Of a stretch of DNA of 64,000 nucleotides, positions 9,714 through 19,051 are shown in pieces. Made by a program: the position numbers and the translations under genes. A model generated the notes under the pieces. The model had not been told where the DNA came from. It made no database searches and saw only the letters and a list, made by a program, of their open reading frames with translations. This stretch comes from Acidobacteriota bacterium (lineage in GTDB: Bacteria; Actinomycetota; Acidimicrobiia; Acidimicrobiales; Ilumatobacteraceae): the NCBI GenBank assembly GCA_018969685.1, contig JAGWXX010000001.1, positions 3,223 through 67,222 of the forward strand, read 5' to 3'. Numbering within the stretch: position 1 is the stretch's first letter; every line of letters starts with the position of its first letter.

Positions 9714-10633
9714 CCGCCATCCTCTTCTCCACCTCCACCTTCAACCTCGACCTCGTGCCCGACCGCGCGGCACTCGAGCGCGCCGGCGTCGAGCTGCGCA
9801 CCAATCCGTTCCGCCGCAAGCTCACCGAGGACGAGGCGATCGACCTGCTGTCCGACGGGGTGGTCGGCGTCGTGGCGGGCCTCGAGCCGCTCACCGGCCG
9901 CGTGCTCGCATCCGCACCATCGTTGCGGGCCATTGCGCGGGTCGGCATCGGCCTCGACTCCGTCGACCTCCCGGCCGCGGAGCGGCTCGGCATCGAGGTC
10001 ATGAACACGCCCGACCCGCCCGCGCGCGCCGTCGCCGAGCTGACGCTCGGGCACATCCTGTCGCTGCTGCGCCGCATCTCGCTCGTCGACCGCCGACTGC
10101 ACGAGGGCACGTGGTCGCCCGAAATGGGGTCGCTGCTGTCGGGCCGCACCGTCGGCTTCATCGGCTTCGGCAGGATCGGGCGCCGCCTCGCGCGGCTGCT
10201 CGAGCCGTTCGAGGTCGACATCCTCGTCCACGACCCGGCGGCCGTCGACGTCCGGTTCGAGCGGACGGACATCGACGACCTGCTCGCGCGCAGCACCGTC
10301 GTCACGCTGCACGTGCCGTACGGACCCGACACGCACCACATCATCGACGGCGCCCGGCTCGCGCTGATGCGGCCCGACGCGATCCTCGTCAACGTCGCGC
10401 GCGGCGGGCTCGTCGACGAGGCCGCCCTCGCCGACGCCATCAGCCGCGAGGCCATCGCCGGTGCGGCACTCGACTGCTTCGCCGACGAGCCGTACCGCGG
10501 TCCGCTCGCCGGAATGGAGCGAGTGCAGATGACCGCCCACATGGGCACGTACGCGCGCGAGACCCGCGACCAGATGGAGCGCGAGGCCGCGACGAAGATC
10601 GTCGAGTGCCTGCGCCGACTCGGCGCAATCTGA
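9710..10633 (+). CDS. D-isomer-specific 2-hydroxyacid dehydrogenase (phosphoglycerate/glycerate dehydrogenase-like)
   Basis: ATG 9710 (ATGA overlap). NAD motif GFIGFGRIGRRLARLL, ILVNVARGGLVDE and a His-containing TAHMG tail. Confidence 0.85.
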   Translation: MTAILFSTSTFNLDLVPDRAALERAGVELRTNPFRRKLTEDEAIDLLSDGVVGVVAGLEPLTGRVLASAPSLRAIARVGIGLDSVDLPAAERLGIEVMNTPDPPARAVAELTLGHILSLLRRISLVDRRLHEGTWSPEMGSLLSGRTVGFIGFGRIGRRLARLLEPFEVDILVHDPAAVDVRFERTDIDDLLARSTVVTLHVPYGPDTHHIIDGARLALMRPDAILVNVARGGLVDEAALADAISREAIAGAALDCFADEPYRGPLAGMERVQMTAHMGTYARETRDQMEREAATKIVECLRRLGAI

Positions 10634-10672
10634 CGCGAACCGTCGGGGCGCAGGGGCTCCGGTAGCCTCGTA

Positions 10673-10691
10673 GTGGCCGCGCAACGGCCAC
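10673..10691 (+). other. Stem-loop GTGGCCG-CGCAA-CGGCCAC in the only sizeable intergenic gap of the glycan operon
   Basis: Perfect 7-bp stem seen directly in sequence, 2 nt upstream of the GGGAG SD of the aldolase gene. No U-tract. Confidence 0.3.
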
Positions 10692-10701
10692 TGGGAGCGC
10701 G

Positions 10702-11463
10702 ATGAACCGTCTGCAGGCAATCCGCGAGGTCCGGAACCGGCTCGCCGCGGGCGGAGCCACCGTCGGATCGTGGATGCAGCTGGCCGACACGAACGTCGCC
10801 GAGCTGCTCGCGAGCGGCGGCTACGACTGGATCGCCCTCGACTGCGAGCACGCGCACTTCTCGTTGTCGTCCTATCCCGATCTCTTCCGCGCGATCGAGG
10901 CGGGCGGCGCGCTTCCGATGGCACGGGTCGCCACGCCTGCGGTCATCAATTGCCGGCAGGCACTGGATGCCGGCGCGGCCGGTGTCGTCATTCCGATGGT
11001 CACCTCGGCCGAGCAGATCCGTGCGCTCGTCAGCGGGTGCCACTGGCCACCGAAGGGCACCCGCGGCGTCGGCCTCACGCGCGCCAACCGGTTCGGCATG
11101 GACTTCGACGCGTACGTCGCCGAGGCGCAGGAGGCGCTGGTGGTGGCGCAGATCGAGCACGTCGACGCCATCGCGGAGCTGCCCGCCATTGCGCGCGTCG
11201 AGGGACTCGACGCCGTGATGATCGGCCCCTACGACCTGTCGGCCTCGCTCGGCTGCACCGGCGAGCTCACGAACCCGAGGGTGCTCGACGCCATCGAACG
11301 GATCCGATCGGCGTGCCGCGAGCACGGGATGCCCGTCGGCACGCACGTCGTCACGCCCGATCCGGATGCGCTCCGCACGCGCATCGCCGAGGGATACCAG
11401 TTCGTCGCGTACGGCGTGGACACCACCTTTCTCCGCTCGGTCAGCGGCCGGCCGACGGCGTGA
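10702..11463 (+). CDS. HpcH/HpaI-family class II (pyruvate-dependent) aldolase
   Basis: SD GGGAG upstream. Motifs: GYDWIALDCEHA, VVIPMV, AQIEH, MIGPYDLS. Confidence 0.85.
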   Translation: MNRLQAIREVRNRLAAGGATVGSWMQLADTNVAELLASGGYDWIALDCEHAHFSLSSYPDLFRAIEAGGALPMARVATPAVINCRQALDAGAAGVVIPMVTSAEQIRALVSGCHWPPKGTRGVGLTRANRFGMDFDAYVAEAQEALVVAQIEHVDAIAELPAIARVEGLDAVMIGPYDLSASLGCTGELTNPRVLDAIERIRSACREHGMPVGTHVVTPDPDALRTRIAEGYQFVAYGVDTTFLRSVSGRPTA

Positions 11464-11473
11464 GCGCGGCGAG

Positions 11474-12538
11474 ATGAACGCAGCCGCCCGCCATCCGCTG
11501 CGCGTCGGCATCGCGGGCTACGGCATCGTGGGCAAGCGGCGGCGCGAGTGCTGCGACCGTCACCCCGACCTGCAGGTCGTCGCGGTCTGCGACCGATACT
11601 TCGACGGTCCGGGCACCATGCCCGACGGCGTGCGCCACTGGCGCACCTACGAGGAGCTGCTCGCCGAGGACCTCGACGCCCTCGTCGTGTGCATGACGAA
11701 CGACATCGCCGCCGAGGTCGTCGTCGCGGCGATGGAGCGCGGCCTGCACGTCCTGTGCGAGAAGCCGCCGGGACGCAACATGGCCGACATCGGGCGCGTC
11801 GTGGCCGCCGAGCGGCTGCACCCCGAGGTGCGCCTGATGTACGGCTTCAACCACCGCTACCACGAGTCGGTGCAGGACGCGCTGCGCATCGTCCGCTCGG
11901 GCGAGCTCGGCCGCATCGTCAACATGCGCGGCGTGTACGGCAAGTCGAAGCTGATCACCTTCAACCAGCCCGACTGGCGGGCGAAGCGCGAGATCGCCGG
12001 CGGCGGTGTGCTGCTCGACCAGGGCATCCACATGGTCGACCTGATGCGGCTCTTCGGCGGCGAGTTCGACGAGGTGCAGAGCGTCGTGTCGAACGGCCAC
12101 TGGGGCTACGACGTCGAGGACAACGCCTATGCCCTGATGCGGTCGCGCGCGACCGGCGTGGTCGCAATGATCAACTCGAGCGCGACGCAGTGGCGACACC
12201 AGTTCCACCTCGACATCACCCTGCAGCGCGGCGGCATCGTGCTGCGAGGCATCCTCAGCGGATCGAAGAGCTACGGCGCCGAGACGATGACCGTCGTGGT
12301 GGCCGACCCCGACCGCGACAACGGCGACCCGCGCGAGACGCTCACCACCTACGTCAACGATCCCTCGTGGGACACCGAGGTCGCCGTGTGGGCCGGCGCC
12401 GTCGCCACCGGTGCGCCGATCGAGGGCGGCTCGGCGACCGACGCGCTGCGCACGATGCACCTCGTGCACCAGATCTACTGGGCCGACCGGACGTGGCGGG
12501 AGCGGTACGCGATCCCCGATCCCGGCCCGCTTCCATGA
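11474..12538 (+). CDS. Gfo/Idh/MocA-family NAD(P)-dependent oxidoreductase
   Basis: LRVGIAGYGIVGKRR Rossmann start, LCEKPP motif, GGGVLLDQGIHMVDL. Confidence 0.85.
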   Translation: MNAAARHPLRVGIAGYGIVGKRRRECCDRHPDLQVVAVCDRYFDGPGTMPDGVRHWRTYEELLAEDLDALVVCMTNDIAAEVVVAAMERGLHVLCEKPPGRNMADIGRVVAAERLHPEVRLMYGFNHRYHESVQDALRIVRSGELGRIVNMRGVYGKSKLITFNQPDWRAKREIAGGGVLLDQGIHMVDLMRLFGGEFDEVQSVVSNGHWGYDVEDNAYALMRSRATGVVAMINSSATQWRHQFHLDITLQRGGIVLRGILSGSKSYGAETMTVVVADPDRDNGDPRETLTTYVNDPSWDTEVAVWAGAVATGAPIEGGSATDALRTMHLVHQIYWADRTWRERYAIPDPGPLP

Positions 12539-13329
12539 CCGGCGGAACACCTTCCGGCATCGCGCACGGCGACGCCGACCTGCTCGAGGTCGCCCGGGCC
12601 TGCGTTGCGCGCGCAGCCGCGGCACTGGCTGCCGCGGACCGGGGCGAGATGGCGCGCATCACCGACCGGCAGCTCGGGGAGCGCGAGGTGAAGCTGGCCG
12701 CCGACGCCGCCCTCGACCGCGTCGTCGCCGGCGCGCTGTCGGGCACCGGCATCCCCGTCGTGAGCGAGGAGGACGCCGCGTCGCACGCCACCGATCCGGC
12801 CGGCACCGCGTGGATCGTCGATCCGCTGGACGGCAGCTACAACTTCTCGCGCGGACTCGGACCCTCGATGATCTCGGTGGCGCTGTGGCGCGCGGGGACT
12901 CCGATCTTCGGCGTCCTGCACGAGGTCGACGCCGGCCGCACCTGGTGGGGCGGCCCCGGCATCCCGTCGCGCGGCGAGCAGGGACCGATCGCCGTGTCGA
13001 CCGAGAACGCGATGCCGCGCTGCACGGTCTGCACGGGCTTCCCCAGCCGCTTTCCCGTCGGCGATGACGGCGCGGTGCAGGCCTACGTGCGCTCGATCGC
13101 GGCGTTCGGCAAGGTGCGCATGCTCGGCTCGGCTGCGGCGTCGCTGCTGCGCGTGGCCCGCGGCAGCGCCGAGGTCTACTTCGAGCGGCACATCATGCTG
13201 TGGGACGTCGCCGCGGGGCTCGCGATCGTCGCCGGCGCGGGCGGCTCGTGGACGGCCGAGCCCCTGGCCTTCGACCGGGGCTGCACCGTGGTCGCCACGA
13301 ACGGGCGCGTCGAGTTCGGCGCCCCGTGA
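12535..13329 (+). CDS. Inositol-monophosphatase-superfamily phosphatase (SuhB/CysQ-like)
   Basis: ATG 12535 (ATGA overlap). Motifs: VVSEED, WIVDPLDGSYNF, LWDVAAGLAIVAGAGG. Confidence 0.8.
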   Translation: MTGGTPSGIAHGDADLLEVARACVARAAAALAAADRGEMARITDRQLGEREVKLAADAALDRVVAGALSGTGIPVVSEEDAASHATDPAGTAWIVDPLDGSYNFSRGLGPSMISVALWRAGTPIFGVLHEVDAGRTWWGGPGIPSRGEQGPIAVSTENAMPRCTVCTGFPSRFPVGDDGAVQAYVRSIAAFGKVRMLGSAAASLLRVARGSAEVYFERHIMLWDVAAGLAIVAGAGGSWTAEPLAFDRGCTVVATNGRVEFGAP

Positions 13330-15128
13330 CCGTGCCGCCCACTCCGCCGCCGCCTACGACCTCGCTGCGCATCGCCGACCGCTTCGACGGCGGCGCCGAC
13401 GTCGCCTGGCGCGAGTTCGGAGACGGACCGCTGCACTCCCTGCCCACGATGCTTCGCCGCGACGACGGCACGGTGCGCGACGCCCTGCTCGACGTGCTGC
13501 ACGCCGCGTCGGAGGTGCGCGTCGGGGGGCGCAGCGTCGTCGAGCACCTGACGATCGGCGACCGGCCGAGCCACTGGTGGATGGGCCTCGTGCACGCCAA
13601 GCGCTGGGGCGAGGTGGGCGTGCTCGCCGACCTCGCCAAGGTGCTGGTGCTCGGCGATCTCGTCGCGTCGCTCGCGCCCGACGAGGTGACCGTGGCGCTC
13701 GACGACCCGTCCGTCGCGGCCGCCGCCGCGGCCACCGTGCGCCGCGCCGCGCCGCGGGCCCGCGTCACCATGACGGGTCCCGAACCCCGCCGGACTCGCG
13801 CCGTGGCGCTGCACCTGCGCGCCGTCGTGCACCTCGTGCGCCAGATGACGTGGCGTCACAGCGCGCCGGGCGCTGGTGTGGACGGAGCGGGGGCGCGAAT
13901 CGCCATGGCCGACTACCTCTTCCGCCTGCCCGCGACGGTGCTGGACGGCGGTGCGTATTCGTCGCGCTACTGGGGTCCGCTCCCGTCCGTCATCGGCGAC
14001 GCGGGTGCGTCGGTCACGTGGCTGCACCGCTTCACGCCCCACGACGGCATCCGGAGGCTGCGCGATGCGCGCCGGCTCGTGCGCCGGCTGAACGCTGCGG
14101 GCGAGCGGCACCACCTGCTGGACGGCGCGACGCCCGCAACGGCGGCGCGCGCCGCGGTGCGCTACGTGCGCCTGCTGCGCGCGTCACGCCGCCTGCACGC
14201 CGCCGCCGGAGCGTTCGTCACGGAGCGGGCCGACCTCCGGCCGATCCTCGGTCGGGAGTGGGACGGGTCGTTCCGCGGCTCGCACGCGATGAGCTGCGCG
14301 CTGCTGACCGAGCGGATCGCGGAGGTGGCCGCATCGCTGCCGCCGCACGCGCGAGGGATCTACATCATGGAGAACCAGCCGTGGGAGTTCGCGCTGCAGC
14401 ACGCATGGCGCAGCGCCGGCCACGGTCCGCTCGTCGGCGTGGCGCACTCCACCGTGCGCCACTGGGACCTGCGCTACCACGGCGCACGACGCGCACCGAT
14501 CGGCTCGCCGGACGGCCCGCCCGCGCCCGACCTCGTCGCGGTGAACGGCCCCGCCGCCCGGGCGGCGCTCGAGGCCAGCGGCATGGACCCGGACCGCATC
14601 GTCGAGGTGGAGGCGCTGATGTACCTCTACCTCGGGTCGCTCGCGCGCAGCGACGACGCGCGCGGCGTGGTGGTGCTCGGCGAACTCGACGCCGTGCACA
14701 CGCAGCGCCTCGTCGACGCCGTCGCCACCGTGCTGCCGCGCACCGATGGATCGGTGCCCGTGACGTTCAAGCCGCACCCGCTGACGCCGTCCTCGGCGTT
14801 CGCCATCCCCGACCGGCGCATCGTGCCGACCACGGCCGACATCGGCGGGCTGCTCGCAGGGGCGCGCTGCACGGTCGTCGGCGCGAGCGGCTCGGCGGTG
14901 CTCGAGTCGGCGTGCCTCGGCATTCCGGTCGTCGCGCTGCTGAACGCCGACGACCTCGAGCTGCTGCCCGTGTCGTCGCACCCGCTGCTCGCGACCGTCG
15001 AGTCGCCCGCCGCGCTCGCCGACGCGGTGGTCGCCGCGCTCGCACGGCCCACGGGCGACCCGTCCACCGTCGACGGCACGTTCCACCTCGACGCGGCGCT
15101 GCCGCGCTGGCGACGGGTGCTCGCGTGA
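13326..15128 (+). CDS. Large hypothetical surface-carbohydrate biosynthesis protein (GT-B-like C-terminus)
   Basis: GTG 13326 (GTGA overlap). About 600 aa. IYIMENQPWEFAL and VVGASGSAVLESACLGIPVVAL motifs. Family not recognised with confidence. Confidence 0.4.
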   Translation: MTVPPTPPPPTTSLRIADRFDGGADVAWREFGDGPLHSLPTMLRRDDGTVRDALLDVLHAASEVRVGGRSVVEHLTIGDRPSHWWMGLVHAKRWGEVGVLADLAKVLVLGDLVASLAPDEVTVALDDPSVAAAAAATVRRAAPRARVTMTGPEPRRTRAVALHLRAVVHLVRQMTWRHSAPGAGVDGAGARIAMADYLFRLPATVLDGGAYSSRYWGPLPSVIGDAGASVTWLHRFTPHDGIRRLRDARRLVRRLNAAGERHHLLDGATPATAARAAVRYVRLLRASRRLHAAAGAFVTERADLRPILGREWDGSFRGSHAMSCALLTERIAEVAASLPPHARGIYIMENQPWEFALQHAWRSAGHGPLVGVAHSTVRHWDLRYHGARRAPIGSPDGPPAPDLVAVNGPAARAALEASGMDPDRIVEVEALMYLYLGSLARSDDARGVVVLGELDAVHTQRLVDAVATVLPRTDGSVPVTFKPHPLTPSSAFAIPDRRIVPTTADIGGLLAGARCTVVGASGSAVLESACLGIPVVALLNADDLELLPVSSHPLLATVESPAALADAVVAALARPTGDPSTVDGTFHLDAALPRWRRVLA

Positions 15129-15793
15129 GCGTGCCGCCGCCGTCCGACCTCGAGGGCGACGACGTCGTCGCGCACTGCGCCGGGGACATTGCCGACCTGC
15201 TCGCTGCGGCGGCGGACCTCACCGGCCGCGCGGTGCTGGCCGTGTGCGGCGGCAGCGCGGCGGAGCGCGTGCTGCGGCAGATTGCGCGCGATGCGCGCGG
15301 TCTGGGCCGGGTCACCGTGCTGCTCGCCGACGAGCGCTGCACCTCCGAGGGCGGCGACGACCGCAACGAGACGATGGTGCGCGCCGCGCTCGCCGGCTCC
15401 GGCGCGACGGTGATGGGCGTCGGTCCCGCGGACGACCCCGCCGTCGCCGCCGCGTCGTACGACGCGCGCACCGCGCACCTGCGCATCGACGTCGCGCTGG
15501 TGAGCCTCGCCGACGACGGGCACGTGGCCAGCCTCTTCCCGGGGCATCCCGCGCTCGACGACGCGCGCGGCATCGTGCCCGTGACCGGGAGCCCCAAGCC
15601 GCCGGCGAACCGCCTCAGCATGTCGGTCGTCCGGTTGCGCGGCGCGCACCACCGGCTGGTCGTCGCGATCGGCGGCGCGAAGCACGGCGCGGTCGAGCTG
15701 CTGCGGTCCGGCGGGCGCGGTCCGGCGGCGCTGATCGAACCGACGCGTTGGTATCTTGATCGGGCCGCATCACACGACGGTGCCGCGCGATGA
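15125..15793 (+). CDS. 6-phosphogluconolactonase / NagB-superfamily protein
   Basis: GTG 15125 (GTGA overlap). Motifs: AVCGGSAAE, LLADERC, SLADDGHVASLFPGHP, GSPKPPANRLSMS. Confidence 0.7.
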   Translation: MSVPPPSDLEGDDVVAHCAGDIADLLAAAADLTGRAVLAVCGGSAAERVLRQIARDARGLGRVTVLLADERCTSEGGDDRNETMVRAALAGSGATVMGVGPADDPAVAAASYDARTAHLRIDVALVSLADDGHVASLFPGHPALDDARGIVPVTGSPKPPANRLSMSVVRLRGAHHRLVVAIGGAKHGAVELLRSGGRGPAALIEPTRWYLDRAASHDGAAR

Positions 15794-15814
15794 ACGGGTG
15801 CGAGGTGTAGCCGG

Positions 15815-16594
15815 ATGAAGACCGTGATCCTCTGCGGCGGGTTTGGCACCCGCATCCGGGACGTGTCGTCCGACGTTCCCAAGCCGATGATCCCGGTCGG
15901 CAACCGCCCCATTCTCTGGCACGTCATGCGCCACTACGCCCACTTCGGGCACCGCGAGTTCGTGCTGTGCCTCGGCCACCAGGGCGACGTGATCAAGGAC
16001 TTCTTCCTCAACTACCGGGCGCGCACCAGCACCCTCACCGTCGACTTCGCCCGCGACGGTGCGACGACGTACCACGCATCCGAGCCCGACATCGACTGGT
16101 CGGTCACGCTCGTCGACACCGGCCACGGCACGATGACCGGCGGCCGGGTCCGGCGCATCGAGCCCTGGGTGCGGGGCGAGCGCTTCATGCTCACGTACGG
16201 CGACGGGCTGAGCGACGTCGACCTCGGTGCGCTCGTGGCCTTCCACGAACGGCAGGGCACCGTCGCGACCGTGACCGGCGTGCGCCCACCGGGCCGCTTC
16301 GGCGAGCTCGTCTCGTCGTCCGACGGGCGCGCAACCGAGTTCAACGAGAAGCCGCAGGCCACCGGCGGGCTCATCTCGGGCGGGTTCTTCGTCCTCGAGC
16401 CGTCGTTCTTCGGGCACCTCGACGCCCGCGACGACCTCGTCCTCGAGGAGCAGCCCATGCGCTCGCTCGTCGCCGCGAAGCAGCTGTCGGTGTTCCAGCA
16501 CGACGGGTTCTGGCAGTGCATGGACACCCACCGCGACTGGACCCTGCTGAACCAGATGGCCGAGCGCGGGAACCAGCCGTGGAAAGTCTGGTAG
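15815..16594 (+). CDS. rfbF: Glucose-1-phosphate cytidylyltransferase
   Basis: MKTVILCGGFGTRIRD...PKPMIPVG, GGFFVLEP, FWQCMDT motifs. Confidence 0.9.
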   Translation: MKTVILCGGFGTRIRDVSSDVPKPMIPVGNRPILWHVMRHYAHFGHREFVLCLGHQGDVIKDFFLNYRARTSTLTVDFARDGATTYHASEPDIDWSVTLVDTGHGTMTGGRVRRIEPWVRGERFMLTYGDGLSDVDLGALVAFHERQGTVATVTGVRPPGRFGELVSSSDGRATEFNEKPQATGGLISGGFFVLEPSFFGHLDARDDLVLEEQPMRSLVAAKQLSVFQHDGFWQCMDTHRDWTLLNQMAERGNQPWKVW

Positions 16595-17655
16595 CGGCGC
16601 TCGCCGCGCTGGCCGGACGGCGCGTCCTCGTCACCGGCGACACGGGCTTCAAGGGCTCGTGGCTCTCGCTGTGGCTGCACGACCTCGGCTGCGAGGTGCA
16701 CGGTTACGCGCTGCCGCCCGACGGTCCGACGTCGCACTTCGGGCAGCTCGGGCTCGCCGGGCTGATCCACCACGTCGACGGCGACGTACGCGACGCCGAC
16801 CGCCTCGCGCGGGCCTTCCGCGACGCACGGCCGGAGGTGGTGATCCACCTCGCCGCGCAGCCGATCGTGCGCCGCTCGTACCGCGACCCGAAGGAGACGT
16901 TCGACACGAACGTGGCAGGCGGCGTGAACCTGCTGGAGTGCGTCCGGGCATCGGACGACGTGGCGGCTCTGGTGTTCGCCACGTCCGACAAGTGCTACCG
17001 GAACGTCGAGACGGCGCGCGGCTACGTCGAGGACGACCGTCTCGGCGGGCACGACCCCTACAGCGCGTCGAAGGCGGCGGCCGAGCTGGTCTTCGCGTCG
17101 TACCTCGACTCGTTCTTCCGCGCACGGCCGGGCACGGGTGCGGCGACCTCGCGCGCGGGCAACGTCATCGGCGGCGGCGACTGGGCCGAGGACCGCATCA
17201 TCCCGGACTGCATCCGCGCGCTGTCGGCCGGCCGACCGGTGCGCATCCGCTCGCCGCGCGCGACGCGGCCGTGGCAGCACGTGCTCGAGCCGCTGTCGGG
17301 ATACCTCGTCCTCGCGGCCGCGCTGCTGCGAGACCCCTCGGCGCACGAGGGCAGCTGGAACTTCGGGCCTCCAGAGTCGGCGGTGCACACGGTGGGCGAC
17401 GTCGTCGACCTCGTGATCGAGGGCTGGGGTTCGGGCAGCGTGGAGATCGAGCCCGCGCCGCCCGGCCTGCACGAGGCCGGCCTGCTCAGCCTGAACTGCG
17501 ACAAGGCGCGCGACGGCCTCGGCTGGTCTCCGCGCTGGGACTTCGCGACCACCGTGGCGCGCACGGTCGAGTGGTACCGCCTGCAGCACGACGGCGCGCC
17601 GGCGATCGAGCTCACCCGCCGCCACCTATCGTCGTACCTGGAGGTGCCCGCATGA
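16579..17655 (+). CDS. rfbG: CDP-glucose 4,6-dehydratase
   Basis: GTG 16579 is in the frame of ORF 15967..17655 (16-nt overlap with rfbF). Motifs: VLVTGDTGFKGSWL, TSDKCY, YSASKAA. Confidence 0.9.
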   Translation: MESLVAALAALAGRRVLVTGDTGFKGSWLSLWLHDLGCEVHGYALPPDGPTSHFGQLGLAGLIHHVDGDVRDADRLARAFRDARPEVVIHLAAQPIVRRSYRDPKETFDTNVAGGVNLLECVRASDDVAALVFATSDKCYRNVETARGYVEDDRLGGHDPYSASKAAAELVFASYLDSFFRARPGTGAATSRAGNVIGGGDWAEDRIIPDCIRALSAGRPVRIRSPRATRPWQHVLEPLSGYLVLAAALLRDPSAHEGSWNFGPPESAVHTVGDVVDLVIEGWGSGSVEIEPAPPGLHEAGLLSLNCDKARDGLGWSPRWDFATTVARTVEWYRLQHDGAPAIELTRRHLSSYLEVPA

Positions 17656-18101
17656 TCGACGGCGTCACGATCACGCCCCTGCGCCAGATCCACGACGAGC
17701 GCGGCAAGGTGATGCACATGCTGCGGTCGACCGACCCGCACTTCCGGGAGTTCGGCGAGATCTACTTTTCGTGCGTGTACTCCGGCGTCGTCAAGGCGTG
17801 GCACGTGCACGACCGGATGGTGCTGAACTACGCGGTGCCCGTCGGCAAGATCAAGTTCGTCCTGTACGACGACCGCGAGGGGAGCCCGACGCGCGGCGAG
17901 GTGCAGGAGATCTTCATGGGGCCCGACCACTACTGCCTGGTGACGGTGCCGCCGCTGGTGTGGAACGGCTTCAAGGGCGTGGGGGGCGAGATGGCGGTGG
18001 TCGCCAACTGCGCGTCCATCCCCCACGACCCCGCCGAGATCCGCCGCCTCGCGCCCGACGACCCGTCGATTCCCTACGACTGGTCGCTCGTGCACCGATG
18101 A
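17652..18101 (+). CDS. Cupin-fold sugar-nucleotide epimerase (RfbC-like)
   Basis: ATG 17652 (ATGA overlap). DERGKVMHMLR...GEIYFSCVYSGVVKAWHVH pattern of 4-keto-6-deoxy-sugar epimerase cupins. Confidence 0.7.
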   Translation: MIDGVTITPLRQIHDERGKVMHMLRSTDPHFREFGEIYFSCVYSGVVKAWHVHDRMVLNYAVPVGKIKFVLYDDREGSPTRGEVQEIFMGPDHYCLVTVPPLVWNGFKGVGGEMAVVANCASIPHDPAEIRRLAPDDPSIPYDWSLVHR

Positions 18102-19051
18102 CCGCACGCACCCTCGTCACCGGCGGGTTCGGGGCGATCGGCGGGCGGCTCGTCGCGCACCTCGCACGACAGGGAACCCCGGTGCGCGTCGGTGCGCGTC
18201 GCGCCGCACCCGCGTGGGCCGCGGACGTCGACACGGTGCAGATGGACCTGGAGCACCCGGCCGACTGGTCGCGCGCGCTCGACGGCGTGGGCGCCATCGT
18301 GCACCTCGCGGCGCTGAACGACCGCGACGCGAAGGCCGACCCCGCGCGCGCGAGGCGCGTCGGCGTGGACGGCACCGCTCAGCTGCTCGAGCAGGCCGTG
18401 CGCCACGGCGTCGGACGATTCGTGTTCATGTCGACCGCGCACGTGTACGGCACGCCGTACACCGGCCGCATCGACGAGTCGACGCCGACCGCGCCCTCGT
18501 CGCCCTACGCCGAGACGCACCTCGAGGCGGAGCGGCTGGTGGAGCGCGCGCACGTGGACGGTGCGCTCGTGGGCGTGCGGCTGCGCTGCTCGAACGGGTT
18601 CGGCCGGCCCGCGTCGCCCGACGCCGCGATCTGGCAGGTGGTGTTCAACGACCTGTGCCGCCAGGCCGCCACGACGAACGCGCTCGTGCTGGCCTCGCCC
18701 GGGCTGCAGCACCGCAACTTCATCCCCTTCGGGGAGGTGGCGGGCGCCATCGCCCACGTGCTCGACGCGCCCGCCGAGGTGCTGGGCGACGGGCTCTTCA
18801 ACCTCGGCTCGCCGCGGTCGATGCGCATCCTCGACGTCGCGCACCTCGTGCGCGACCGCGCTCGCGCCGTGCTGGGCACGGAGCCGTCGCTGCAGGTGCC
18901 GGCGGCGAGCGGACCCGTCGACGACCAGCCCGTCGACTTCGTCATCGACAAGCTGGCAGCCACCGGGGCGCCGCTGCGGGGCGACCTCGAGTCGGAGGTG
19001 GACGACCTGCTGCGCTGGTGCGCGCGCGAGTTCGGCGGGGTGCGCGCGTGA
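18098..19051 (+). CDS. NAD-dependent sugar-nucleotide epimerase/4-ketoreductase (extended SDR)
   Basis: ATG 18098 (ATGA overlap). TLVTGGFGAIGGRL Rossmann motif, FMSTAHVYG, NFIPFGEVA region. Confidence 0.8.
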   Translation: MTARTLVTGGFGAIGGRLVAHLARQGTPVRVGARRAAPAWAADVDTVQMDLEHPADWSRALDGVGAIVHLAALNDRDAKADPARARRVGVDGTAQLLEQAVRHGVGRFVFMSTAHVYGTPYTGRIDESTPTAPSSPYAETHLEAERLVERAHVDGALVGVRLRCSNGFGRPASPDAAIWQVVFNDLCRQAATTNALVLASPGLQHRNFIPFGEVAGAIAHVLDAPAEVLGDGLFNLGSPRSMRILDVAHLVRDRARAVLGTEPSLQVPAASGPVDDQPVDFVIDKLAATGAPLRGDLESEVDDLLRWCAREFGGVRA

